Of a stretch of 46,721 nucleotides of DNA, positions 28,031 to 37,080 are shown in pieces. Made by a program: the position numbers and the translations under genes. The notes under the pieces were generated by a model. The model did no database searches, had not been told where the DNA came from, and was given only the letters and a program-made list of their open reading frames with translations. How positions within the stretch are numbered: the first letter of the stretch is position 1; every line of letters starts with the position of its first letter. The stretch comes from an uncultured bacterium (GTDB taxonomy: Bacteria; Chlamydiota; Chlamydiia; Chlamydiales; SM23-39), in assembly GCA_964411685.1 (NCBI GenBank), contig CAYPMA010000001.1, positions 1-46,721 on the forward strand. The letters are read 5' to 3'.

Positions 28031-29191
28031 ATGTTAAATATTATAGCGATATCATTAATTGGTATATTTTGTGTTTTTTTATTAATTAAAGGGATAATTT
28101 CTTATTCCAAAAAATCAATGATGGATACTTTTAAATCCTTATCATTTGATTTAATGGAAAGAAATAACAGGTCTTTTTTAGACTTGGCTTCCAATTTTTT
28201 TGAAAGATATCAGGACAAGGCGAAAGATCAGCTTGAAATAAAACAAAAAGAAATGCAGTCAATAATTAATCCCCTAAAAGAATCTGTAGATAAAATGGAT
28301 TTCTTTACACGGGATATTGAAAAACAACGTCAGTCAGCTTATGTGTCTTTAAGCAAGCAGATTGATTCATTAATCAAATCAGAAGATATTCTTAGATCAG
28401 AAACAAAGAATTTAACTAAAGCCTTAAAATCTCCAAATATTAGAGGAGCCTGGGGGCAAATACATTTAAAAAGAGTTATAGAAATAGCTGGAATGCTTGA
28501 TCATTGTGACTTTTTTGAACAGAAAACTGTGGGAGATGAAAAGATTTTTCGTCCTGACTTGGTTATTCAATTGCCGGGAGAAAGGCAAATAGTAATAGAT
28601 GCTAAGACGCCAATAGACGCTTATTTGGAGGCAGCTGAATCAAATGATGAGGAATATAAGAAAAGAAAGCTCAAAGATCATGCTCAGCACATTAAAAAAC
28701 ATATAAAGGATTTAAGTTCTAAAGAATATTACAAACAATTTTTTCCATCTGTTGAGTTTGTCATAATGTTTTTACCGGCTGAAGCTTTTTTTAGTGCTGC
28801 TATAGGGGAAGATCCAACTTTGCTTGAAATCGGCGCAAAATATAATGTTATTATTGCAACACCAACTACTTTAATAGCTATATTGAGAGCTATCTCATAT
28901 AGCTGGAAACAGGATAATATATCAAAAAGTGCTAAAGAGATTGCAAAAATTGGAAAAGAGCTTCATGAAAGGCTTCTGATTATGACTTCTCATTTTTCTA
29001 ATGTTGGAAAGTCAATATCGCAAACCGTTGATTCATATAACAAAACAATTGCTTCCTTTGAATCGAGAGTATTGGTAAGTGCAAAAAAATTAAAAGAAAT
29101 GGGCCTTGCAACACAAGAGGACAACCCTGTATTAAAAGAAATAACTAAAATATGCCGTTCTTCATATGCTGATGAGATTGAAAATGGCTAA
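28031..29191 (+). CDS. rmuC: DNA recombination protein RmuC
   Basis: 386 aa with an N-terminal TM, a coiled-coil region, and an RmuC nuclease-like core RPDLVIQLPGERQIVIDAKTP. It starts 4 nt after rtcB. Confidence 0.9.
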   Translation: MLNIIAISLIGIFCVFLLIKGIISYSKKSMMDTFKSLSFDLMERNNRSFLDLASNFFERYQDKAKDQLEIKQKEMQSIINPLKESVDKMDFFTRDIEKQRQSAYVSLSKQIDSLIKSEDILRSETKNLTKALKSPNIRGAWGQIHLKRVIEIAGMLDHCDFFEQKTVGDEKIFRPDLVIQLPGERQIVIDAKTPIDAYLEAAESNDEEYKKRKLKDHAQHIKKHIKDLSSKEYYKQFFPSVEFVIMFLPAEAFFSAAIGEDPTLLEIGAKYNVIIATPTTLIAILRAISYSWKQDNISKSAKEIAKIGKELHERLLIMTSHFSNVGKSISQTVDSYNKTIASFESRVLVSAKKLKEMGLATQEDNPVLKEITKICRSSYADEIENG

Positions 29192-29209
29192 AAAAATAAT
29201 GGAGTTTTT

Positions 29210-29701
29210 ATGCAGAATTTAAAGTCTGTCAATTTGTCTAAATCTATGTATATAACAGTCTATTTTATTTTGTTTTTTATTATTTGCTTGATGCCGGCTA
29301 TTTCTTCGAGTCATATTGTAGTAGGTTCACTTGTGAATTTTTCTCTTATTATTGCTACATATTATTTCGGGATAAGACATTCTTTGATAATGTGCTTTTT
29401 ACCTAGTCTTGTCGCTTTAGCTTTTGGATTAATATTTTATCCAATGCTTATTCCATTTATTATGATATCAAATTGTTTCTTGGTATTAGTTTTTAATTAT
29501 TTTTCTAAAAAAAATAAAAGTTCATTTTCAATATTTATGGCTTCATTAATAAAAGTTGTGTTTTTAAGTGTTTCTTTTGCTTTTATGGAATTTTCTTATG
29601 CAATACTATTTTGTTTAATGCAGGCTGCATCTCTTTTATTGGGCGGAACTTTAGTTTATTCATTTTTAAAAGTATTAGATATTAAAAAAGCTGCTAAATA
29701 A
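29210..29701 (+). CDS. Small polytopic membrane protein (about 5 TM), function unknown
   Basis: 163 aa, almost entirely hydrophobic helices. It lies 18 nt downstream of rmuC. Confidence 0.6.
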   Translation: MQNLKSVNLSKSMYITVYFILFFIICLMPAISSSHIVVGSLVNFSLIIATYYFGIRHSLIMCFLPSLVALAFGLIFYPMLIPFIMISNCFLVLVFNYFSKKNKSSFSIFMASLIKVVFLSVSFAFMEFSYAILFCLMQAASLLLGGTLVYSFLKVLDIKKAAK

Positions 29702-29716
29702 GATTAGCAGCTTTTT
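29685..29716. terminator. Rho-independent terminator hairpin between convergent genes
   Basis: AAAAAGCTGCTAA (29685-29697) and TTAGCAGCTTTTT (29704-29716) form a perfect inverted repeat with a 6-nt loop. It is flanked by A and T runs, so it could work in both directions. Confidence 0.6.
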
Positions 29717-29723
29717 ATAATTC

Positions 29724-30875
29724 TTATTCAATTATGTGAACAAAATATGCAGGAAGAGCAAAATTGTTATTAGGCCTTGGAGATATCTGCATGCTAACTT
29801 CTTTGCCAACATATTTTTCTAAATCGATCTGTGTGCTGTAAAGATATGCTATAGGTATGCCGTCTTTGTTTTTCAGTAAGTAATCACCGGGTTTACTTTT
29901 TGAAACTAAGTTATATGTCTGAATTGTTCCAGAAAATGATAAGGCATTAGCTTTTTGTTCTTCATAAAAATCATCTACTTCTTTTTCAGGATGAAATGTG
30001 CTCCATGCTTGAAATAATGAATCTTCGATTGAAGCCCATGTTTTCATTTTGTCAGGAATAGATCTCTTCCAGAAAGATGCTTTTTTAGCAATTTTATCTT
30101 TTTTGTCTTTTTCAATAGAGATTTCGCTGAATAGCTGCTGTTTTTCTGTTTCAGATAAAGCAGATTTTTCTTCTAAATAGGCTATTTTCTTTTGAAGATA
30201 ATTATCCTGAAGAAGAGAAAGGCCTTCTTTTGCCTGCTGAACTATTGCTGGAAAGTCTGAATATTCCTGTACAATTGCTTCAAACTGCTTAATAGCAGAA
30301 TGAGGGGTCATTTCGTTAAATGGTTTTTTGCATTCGCCCTGAGTAATGAAATAAGCTGAGTTTAAAAGACGGGTAGCTTCTTCTTTTCTTGTTTTCATTA
30401 TTTGGGCATATTCAGCATTTCCGGCTTTTTCTATATAATCTTTTGCAATGTAGAACTTAACATTTTCAGGAGGTGTAAATTCTATCCATTTAGGATCTTT
30501 TTCGCATGTCCTGCCTTCAATTTTGTCACCCCTTTGCATTTTACCAATAATAGGTGCTTCTGTGTTTGGCTCTAATCTTAGATTAACACGATCAGCTTCT
30601 ATAACATTGTCTATTACATAGCTTCTAAAGATATATGCTTTAGTTGTGCTGGTAGGCTGTATTGAATAAAACTCATTTTCTTCGCCAACAATAACTAATA
30701 AATCATCTTTATTGCATTGGCATATTATGTGACTGTCTAAGTCTGGACTTGTGCGCATTCTAACTTTATTTCCAATAACTTTACCTGTAAAAGCATCAAA
30801 TGCTTTGTCAGGATTTTCTTGTGCTGTTAAAGATGCACAGAACATTAACATTAGGAAAACAATGATCTTTGGCAT
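29724..30875 (-). CDS. Exported protein with two bacterial SH3-like domains
   Basis: 383 aa with signal peptide MPKIIVFLMLMFCASLTAQ. There are two SH3b-like segments (GNKVRMRTSPDLDSHIICQ..., DRVNLRLEPNTEAPIIGKMQRGDKIEG). Confidence 0.65.
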   Translation of the reverse strand: MPKIIVFLMLMFCASLTAQENPDKAFDAFTGKVIGNKVRMRTSPDLDSHIICQCNKDDLLVIVGEENEFYSIQPTSTTKAYIFRSYVIDNVIEADRVNLRLEPNTEAPIIGKMQRGDKIEGRTCEKDPKWIEFTPPENVKFYIAKDYIEKAGNAEYAQIMKTRKEEATRLLNSAYFITQGECKKPFNEMTPHSAIKQFEAIVQEYSDFPAIVQQAKEGLSLLQDNYLQKKIAYLEEKSALSETEKQQLFSEISIEKDKKDKIAKKASFWKRSIPDKMKTWASIEDSLFQAWSTFHPEKEVDDFYEEQKANALSFSGTIQTYNLVSKSKPGDYLLKNKDGIPIAYLYSTQIDLEKYVGKEVSMQISPRPNNNFALPAYFVHIIE

Positions 30876-30986
30876 TGTGTCTTCACTCCTTTCTTTTTGC
30901 CGAAACTGGCAAATTGAGGTTTAATAGTATGTAATTAAAATACTAGAGCGAAAGACTTTTTTTAACCAAGCTTTTTTGAAAAATTT

Positions 30987-31667
30987 TTAACTTTGAAGAA
31001 CAGCTTTTATATGTTCGCAATTGTCTTTTCCGCAAGTACATCCTATAGGATTACCTAAAAACACATTGTATTCTTCTTTTTTTTCTAAAGGATTTGACAC
31101 CACATACAAGTGCTTATCTTTTTGTTCTATGTCCCATGTGCGGAATTTTAAATCTTCATCGGATACTGCTTCTCCTCCATTTTGATCTTCTAGTGAATTA
31201 GGGTTTAATGCTCTTGCAACCTGGCAGTGTATGCAATTACAGTTTGCTTCAGGTTTTGGTAAGTTTTCAGGCTCGTCCAAGCCCATCATTTTTGCGATAT
31301 TTGCAATTTTTTGTATAAGTTCATCAGGTAGTTTTGGGATGCTGGAATGATTTGGGTTGTGCTGCATTGCATTGCCAATAGTTTCAATGTTTCCGCTTTC
31401 TTCTGATAAAGGTATGCTGAATCCAAATCCTAAAGGATTGGTTTTTGCGGTTACAGTCTCTTCCTGTTCTAGGAATCTCCTATGATATTCAAATATTAAC
31501 TTGATATTGTCTGCATCAAGTTCTGGTATCTCTATCTGTTTGCCGCTTTTAATTATGACTATTAAAACAGGCTTTTGTTTTCTTTCTTCTACTGTAAGAG
31601 AGACAATGTTTTTCCAAGTTGTTGATATATAAGGAGGTATGATTATGACCTTTTCGTTGATTACCAT
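30987..31667 (-). CDS. Hypothetical protein with two Cys clusters (SWIM-like CxCx4CxH at C-terminus)
   Basis: 226 aa with CNCIHCQ and GCTCGKDNCEHIKAV. The spacing is shorter than canonical SWIM, so the assignment is tentative. Confidence 0.55.
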   Translation of the reverse strand: MVINEKVIIIPPYISTTWKNIVSLTVEERKQKPVLIVIIKSGKQIEIPELDADNIKLIFEYHRRFLEQEETVTAKTNPLGFGFSIPLSEESGNIETIGNAMQHNPNHSSIPKLPDELIQKIANIAKMMGLDEPENLPKPEANCNCIHCQVARALNPNSLEDQNGGEAVSDEDLKFRTWDIEQKDKHLYVVSNPLEKKEEYNVFLGNPIGCTCGKDNCEHIKAVLQS

Positions 31668-31786
31668 ATTTACTCCTTTTTATTATTTATTTTTTAAATC
31701 TTTACCTTTAATTGTAAAAAAGAACAACTGTTTTGTCAATGCATTTTTAGCAGGCAGGAGTAGAATCTGCTAACGGCATCATAAGC

Positions 31787-31805
31787 CCCATTGATTGTCA
31801 ATGGG
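31787..31805. promoter_or_regulatory. Perfect 8-bp-arm palindrome in a divergent promoter region (candidate operator)
   Basis: CCCATTGA-TTG-TCAATGGG. The half-site TTGTCAATG recurs at about 31733-31741. A second hairpin, TAGCAG...CTGCTA, lies at 31748-31772. Confidence 0.25.
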
Positions 31806-31905
31806 TTGCAAATAGTTAAAAAAATTTTATAAAAAAATATTGTAATACTTTTTTTATTTGTATATTGTCCCCTTTAGGTCAACATCATACTTTGGGGGGA
31901 GAGAG

Positions 31906-33216
31906 ATGGATCAAAAAAGTTTTGTTATTGATACAAATGTTTTTTTACATGATCCATCAGTTCTGAAAAGATTCGAAAAAAACAAGGTTATAATACCTAT
32001 CATTGTCTTAGAAGAATTAGATGCATTAAAACGAAATACGGATGAAAGGGGAAAAAATGCTAGAGTAATAATGAGGTATATTGATTCTTTAAAAACAAAA
32101 AATGCAGATTTTGATAAAGGAATAGATATACCGGAAGGTCCTAACGTTCGTATAAAATTAGATAAAAACTTACAGAGGATAAAAGGATTTCCTCTAACTT
32201 TAGATAGAAATAGCAATAAGATATTACATATTGCTTATCACTTGAAACAAAAGGGTGAAAAAATAGTTTTTGTTTCCAAAGACTTTATAAGCCGTGTTAA
32301 GGCTGAGTCGATGGGAATAGAAGCTGAAGACTATTTTAATTTGAAATCATCTTATGATGAGGTTTTTAAGGGACTTAAAACATTAGAAGTTCAAAAAAAA
32401 GAAATTGATTTATTTTATAAAAATAAAAAAATCGAGATTAAGGATACAGCTTTTCATCCTAATGAATTTTGTATAATGAAAAGTCCTGAAAGATCTTCTG
32501 CTGTATGTACATTTAATGGTAAAACAAAGAAATTAGAACCATTAATTCAGATGGACAAGGGTATTTGGGGAATACAGCCATTAAACATAGAGCAGCGATG
32601 TGTTATTGATTTGTTGTTAAGAGATAATATCGACCTGGTAACTCTTGTAGGACATGCAGGAACAGGCAAAACGCTTCTTGCGTTATGCTGCGGGTTATAT
32701 AAGGTCTTCGATGAAGGGCAATATTCAAAGATTTTAGTATCACGGCCAATAATTCCATTAGGAAAAGATATTGGATATCTTCCAGGAACTAAAGAAGAAA
32801 AATTATATCACTGGATGCAGCCAATATATGACAATTTGGAGTTTATATGTGAATGCGCAAATGGCGAGGGAAATGGTTCTTCAACTTTAGAATGGGTTAT
32901 GAAAAGTAGAAAATTAGAAATGGAAGCAGTAACTTACATCAGAGGAAGGACGCTTCCAAAAGTATTTATGATTATCGATGAAGCGCAAAACCTTACTCAT
33001 CATGAAGTGAAAACAATAATATCAAGGGCTGGAAAAAATACTAAAGTGATATTAACAGGTGACCCAACTCAGATTGACAATCCTTATTTGGACAAGGATT
33101 CAAATGGATTGACATATGTTATTAATAAATTTAAAGGGCAGTCGTTATATGGACATGTCCTTTTAGATAAAACTGAAAGGTCAAAACTTGCAGAAATAGC
33201 TACAAAAATAATGTAA
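31906..33216 (+). CDS. PIN-domain plus PhoH-like ATPase (YlaK-type)
   Basis: The N-terminus has the PIN pattern FVIDTNVFLHD...VLEELD. Walker A is GHAGTGKT and Walker B is MIIDEAQN. I prefer ATG 31906, preceded by GGGGGGAGAGAG, over the TTG at 31858. Confidence 0.9.
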   Translation: MDQKSFVIDTNVFLHDPSVLKRFEKNKVIIPIIVLEELDALKRNTDERGKNARVIMRYIDSLKTKNADFDKGIDIPEGPNVRIKLDKNLQRIKGFPLTLDRNSNKILHIAYHLKQKGEKIVFVSKDFISRVKAESMGIEAEDYFNLKSSYDEVFKGLKTLEVQKKEIDLFYKNKKIEIKDTAFHPNEFCIMKSPERSSAVCTFNGKTKKLEPLIQMDKGIWGIQPLNIEQRCVIDLLLRDNIDLVTLVGHAGTGKTLLALCCGLYKVFDEGQYSKILVSRPIIPLGKDIGYLPGTKEEKLYHWMQPIYDNLEFICECANGEGNGSSTLEWVMKSRKLEMEAVTYIRGRTLPKVFMIIDEAQNLTHHEVKTIISRAGKNTKVILTGDPTQIDNPYLDKDSNGLTYVINKFKGQSLYGHVLLDKTERSKLAEIATKIM

Positions 33217-33218
33217 GG

Positions 33219-35282
33219 CTATTTTTTATCAATATCTATGCTTTTAAGGAAAGCCTTTTGATTAGGCTTTCTTTTTAAGTAATTATATAAAAGTATATTT
33301 GGGTCTAAGCTTCCGCCTTTTCCCAATATATTTTCGACCAATAATAATCCTGCATCAGGATTTAATAGCCCTTGTTGTTCGATCTTTTCGAAGATATCCA
33401 AAGCAAATACTTTTGACCATAAATATCCATAATATCTGGAACCATATCCTATTAAATGTCCAAATGATAAATATCCATAATCATAATCAGATTGAGAAAC
33501 ATTTGGAATATAATGCTTTTTATTTTTTTTCCATAATGAGTCAATATTATCGCATGGATATGAAAAGATGCTCAAAGAATAATTTGAGAACATCAATTGT
33601 CTCATATAATGTATCCCGGAAAAGGCAGTTTTTGATTCAAGTATTTTATTAATTAATTCATCAGGTATTTTTTCATTTGTCTTATAATGTCCGCTGCATA
33701 ATTTTAAAATCTCTTTATTATCAAGCCACTGTTCAAATAGCTGTGAAGGCAGTTCTACAAAGTCCAGCTTAGTATTTAATCCCGCATTTAATAATAAATC
33801 AGTTCTTCCAAAAGTATGATGCAGTGCATGACCGAACTCATGGAAAAATGTGTTTACATCACCTAAAGTCATTAAAGAAGGGTAATCATCTGTTCCTTCA
33901 GGGAAATTGCAAATAACAACACAAAGAGATGGAATATCTTTATTATTTAGTTTTAAAGATGGAAGAAGGGGAATAGCACATGCATGATTAAATTTTCCCT
34001 TCCTGGGAAAAAGGTCTAAAATAATGTATCCTAATAAGATGGCTGAATCTTTTTTTGTTAGCTTTAAAAGACGAACTTTTTTATCCCAAAGTTTAATGTT
34101 TGGAATTTGTTCTATTTTGATAGCAAAAAATGCTTCATAAATGCCTAGCATGCCACTTATTGTTTTTTCTAAAGGGAAGTATTTTTTTATTTCGTTTTGA
34201 TCAACATCAAAATGATTTTTCATGTATGAGGAAATGGTAAATTCTAAATCCCAAGGGTTAATTTGTCCTTTTTTATTTAATACAACTCCTTCCGGAAGGT
34301 TTTCTTTTAATATTTCAAATTCATATGACTGTTTTGGTGCAATTTTTTTTGTAAGGTCATTCAGAAACTTTTTAGCATTTTTCGAAGACTTAACCATTTG
34401 ATTATCTAATTCCATATCGGCATAGGAATCGTATCCAAGCATATTAGCCAGCTTATGTCTTTTTTTTGATATCTGTTTTAAAAGCTCAATGTTTTCAGGG
34501 AAGCCTCTTTTATTAAATGCCTGATACATTTTTTTTCTTGTACTTTCAACTTGACAATGAGAAAAAATAGGAAATGCAATAGGATAATCTGTATTTAATA
34601 TATAATTACCTTTTTCATCTTTCTTTAGTGATCTAATAAAATCGTGGTCCATTCCTTTTAATTCTTCTAAGGAAACAGTAAAAGTTGGAGAACTTTCCTT
34701 AATATTATTGCTAAATTTCTCTGATAAATTAACTATTTCTTTAGTTAAAGCGATAATTTTTTTTCTTTTTTCAAGAGGATACGATAATCCCATTGATTCA
34801 AGTTCTTTTTTTGTCTCTTGAACATAATATTTATGTTCGGGTGTTAGTTTTTTTTGGTCTATTGATACAAATTCATCATATATTTTTGGATTGTTATATA
34901 TGCTTGATGTAGATGTGTTTACAATCTCTACGAGTGAATTTGAGGCTTTTTCTCTAATATTTTTATCTTGATAAGTTAAAGATAGCATTTCAAGTAGTGC
35001 GGTTTTATTATGAAGGATGCCAAATGCCAAATCAAATAATCGTGCTGTGTTGTCGAATGTATAAGTTGTTTCATTTACAAGAGAGTGTATTTGTTTATTG
35101 AATGATTCTATTGTTGATGTTTTCTCATTTTCTACTTCATCTATGGTTTTTGGGAAAAATTTTTCTATGTCAGATGGATCTTTTATGAACGTTATGTTTT
35201 CATAAATATTTAGAGTGTGATCAGCAAACAGAAAGCTTGAAAATATTAGTAATAAAAATAATTTTTTCATCAAATTCCTCAT
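33219..35282 (-). CDS. M3-family zinc oligopeptidase (thimet oligopeptidase / Dcp-like) with signal peptide
   Basis: 687 aa with FFHEFGHALHH (HEXXH). The N-terminus MKKLFLLLIFSSFLFA is hydrophobic. Confidence 0.9.
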   Translation of the reverse strand: MRNLMKKLFLLLIFSSFLFADHTLNIYENITFIKDPSDIEKFFPKTIDEVENEKTSTIESFNKQIHSLVNETTYTFDNTARLFDLAFGILHNKTALLEMLSLTYQDKNIREKASNSLVEIVNTSTSSIYNNPKIYDEFVSIDQKKLTPEHKYYVQETKKELESMGLSYPLEKRKKIIALTKEIVNLSEKFSNNIKESSPTFTVSLEELKGMDHDFIRSLKKDEKGNYILNTDYPIAFPIFSHCQVESTRKKMYQAFNKRGFPENIELLKQISKKRHKLANMLGYDSYADMELDNQMVKSSKNAKKFLNDLTKKIAPKQSYEFEILKENLPEGVVLNKKGQINPWDLEFTISSYMKNHFDVDQNEIKKYFPLEKTISGMLGIYEAFFAIKIEQIPNIKLWDKKVRLLKLTKKDSAILLGYIILDLFPRKGKFNHACAIPLLPSLKLNNKDIPSLCVVICNFPEGTDDYPSLMTLGDVNTFFHEFGHALHHTFGRTDLLLNAGLNTKLDFVELPSQLFEQWLDNKEILKLCSGHYKTNEKIPDELINKILESKTAFSGIHYMRQLMFSNYSLSIFSYPCDNIDSLWKKNKKHYIPNVSQSDYDYGYLSFGHLIGYGSRYYGYLWSKVFALDIFEKIEQQGLLNPDAGLLLVENILGKGGSLDPNILLYNYLKRKPNQKAFLKSIDIDKK

Positions 35283-35415
35283 AATAAAATGAATTATATT
35301 TTTAACAGTAAAAATATTTGAAATAAAGTAAAACAGGAATTTTTTTGTTAAAGTTTTGACTTATTTTTTTTAAGCAACTAAAATTCATATACAAAAATAT
35401 TTTAAGGAAATTTTT

Positions 35416-35985
35416 ATGAAATTAGAAGTCGATTGCTCATGGAATAACAAAAAAAATAGAGCCAAACTAATTATTTGTTATAAGTACGTTCCTAAAAATA
35501 TTTTCTTGATGCCGGAGGAAATTATTCGAAAATCCCAAGATTTGTCATTTAACGGCAAACAGATGGGGCCTCCTGCTTTAAAAGAATTAAAAGAAATAAA
35601 AGAAAAGTATCCTAAAAGCCTTTATGCTGCATTTTCATACTATAAATTATTGGATTTCTTTGAGTACGAAGACGAAGCCGAACAGCTCTATAATGAAGTA
35701 ATAAAAGAATTTCCTTCTCAGGTTTTAACTGAATGTTTAAAGGCTAATTTATTTTTAGTAAATCATGAGTATGAAGCATTTAAAAAAATATTTAATAATG
35801 TTGAGGTCCTAAAAGGGTCTTTCCCTAATAGAAAGATGTATTATTTTGAAGAAGTCCTTTTTTTTCATAATCTATGGGCAAAATATTCTTACGATATGAA
35901 AAATGAAGTTCAGCAAAAAAAGCATTTAGCTTTTATACAGCTTATACTTAACACTCTTCAAACATGCACTTTAGCTAATGTTTAA
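35416..35985 (+). CDS. Hypothetical protein
   Basis: 189-aa ORF with no recognisable motif. Its 3' end overlaps the convergent MBL gene by 11 nt. Confidence 0.5.
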   Translation: MKLEVDCSWNNKKNRAKLIICYKYVPKNIFLMPEEIIRKSQDLSFNGKQMGPPALKELKEIKEKYPKSLYAAFSYYKLLDFFEYEDEAEQLYNEVIKEFPSQVLTECLKANLFLVNHEYEAFKKIFNNVEVLKGSFPNRKMYYFEEVLFFHNLWAKYSYDMKNEVQQKKHLAFIQLILNTLQTCTLANV

Positions 35986-37006
35986 AACTATATGACTGGC
36001 CATTTTTTAAATGCAGGCATTTTGATTTGTTCTTATTTTTAAAACTATCTAACAGAGCGTTTATCGGATCTATTAGTTTTTCATTGTTGTATATGTAAGA
36101 TCCCCAGTGCATGGGTATGAGCGTTTTTGCTTGTAATATGTCAAAGGCCTCTATTGCCTGTTTAGGGTCCATATGTTTGTCGTTAAATTTTAAAGGGGAA
36201 ATCGGAAGAAATGCCACATCTACAGAAAAGTGTTTTTTTATCTGAGAGAACATCTCTTTATTAAATGCTGTATCTCCAGCAAAATAAAGAACGTGTTTTT
36301 TATTGGATATTATCCACCCACACCAAAGGGATGTGTTTTTTTTCATCCAGTCCCTATTCATTGATTCATGAATTGCAGGAACACAGCAAAAAGTTTCATT
36401 ATTATTTTTGCTCTTAAAGGAAGTCTCTTCCCACCATGTGCTTTCTAAAATGTTTTTATAGCCTCTTTCAGAGAAAAATGATTTTAACCCTTTGGGAATC
36501 AAAACATATGGCTGATCTTTTGCAATATGCAAAATTGCATTTTCTTCTAAGTGGTCATAATGGTTGTGAGAAATTATTAAAAAATCAATCTTTGGAAGAT
36601 CTTCAAGTTTTATGCCCGGAGGGATTTGTCTTTTATACAATTTTGTATTTAAAAATGGATAAAAGTCATCAAAAACAGGGTCTGTTAAAATATTTATATC
36701 ATCAAGCTGTATTAAAAAGCATGAGTGTCCAATCCATTGGATCCTTAAATTTTTTGATCTTTCAATTACATTATCAGGAAAATAAAAATTATTTTCATAT
36801 TCATTGAAACTATAAAATCTTCCCTTAATAAATCCTGTCATTTCATCAAATTCTGAATATGAATAATTAACCGGATTAAAATACTTTCTGTTATTAATGA
36901 TAGGCTTCATCAAAGAATTGTCATTGATCATGATTTGATTAACAGTCCATTCATTGGAATATGCAGAGCAAAAAAATAGTATGAATAAAAGTAATTGTTT
37001 TATCAT
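35975..37006 (-). CDS. Exported metallo-beta-lactamase-fold hydrolase (NAPE-PLD-like subfamily)
   Basis: 343 aa with signal-like MIKQLLLFILFFCSAYS. It has IQWIGHSCFLIQ and the HxHxDH motif ISHNHYDHLE, and its length and layout resemble NAPE-PLD-type MBL proteins. Confidence 0.8.
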   Translation of the reverse strand: MIKQLLLFILFFCSAYSNEWTVNQIMINDNSLMKPIINNRKYFNPVNYSYSEFDEMTGFIKGRFYSFNEYENNFYFPDNVIERSKNLRIQWIGHSCFLIQLDDINILTDPVFDDFYPFLNTKLYKRQIPPGIKLEDLPKIDFLIISHNHYDHLEENAILHIAKDQPYVLIPKGLKSFFSERGYKNILESTWWEETSFKSKNNNETFCCVPAIHESMNRDWMKKNTSLWCGWIISNKKHVLYFAGDTAFNKEMFSQIKKHFSVDVAFLPISPLKFNDKHMDPKQAIEAFDILQAKTLIPMHWGSYIYNNEKLIDPINALLDSFKNKNKSKCLHLKNGQSYSFKH

Positions 37007-37080
37007 ATTTTAATAAGTTTTAATTTTAGTATTACATAACTTATATTTAATATGAAAATAAGTAATGCACAAGAGGATAT

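Noticed and set aside
31741-31812. A relatively GC-richer ~70-nt intergenic stretch that might be a tRNA or other small RNA gene
   Set aside because: I found no acceptor-stem complementarity between the ends, no GTTCRANYC-type T-loop and no D-loop consensus on either strand. It is kept only as a possible regulatory or structured element.
33299-33652. 117-aa plus-strand ORF inside the M3 peptidase gene. Similar antisense ORFs lie at 36436-36807, 38172-38534, 40012-40275, 40873-41109, 41864-42058 and 44071-44334.
   Set aside because: All lie antisense within longer ORFs that have recognisable motifs or paralogs. Their compositions are the Ile/Phe/Leu/Ser-rich products expected from antisense AT-rich coding DNA.
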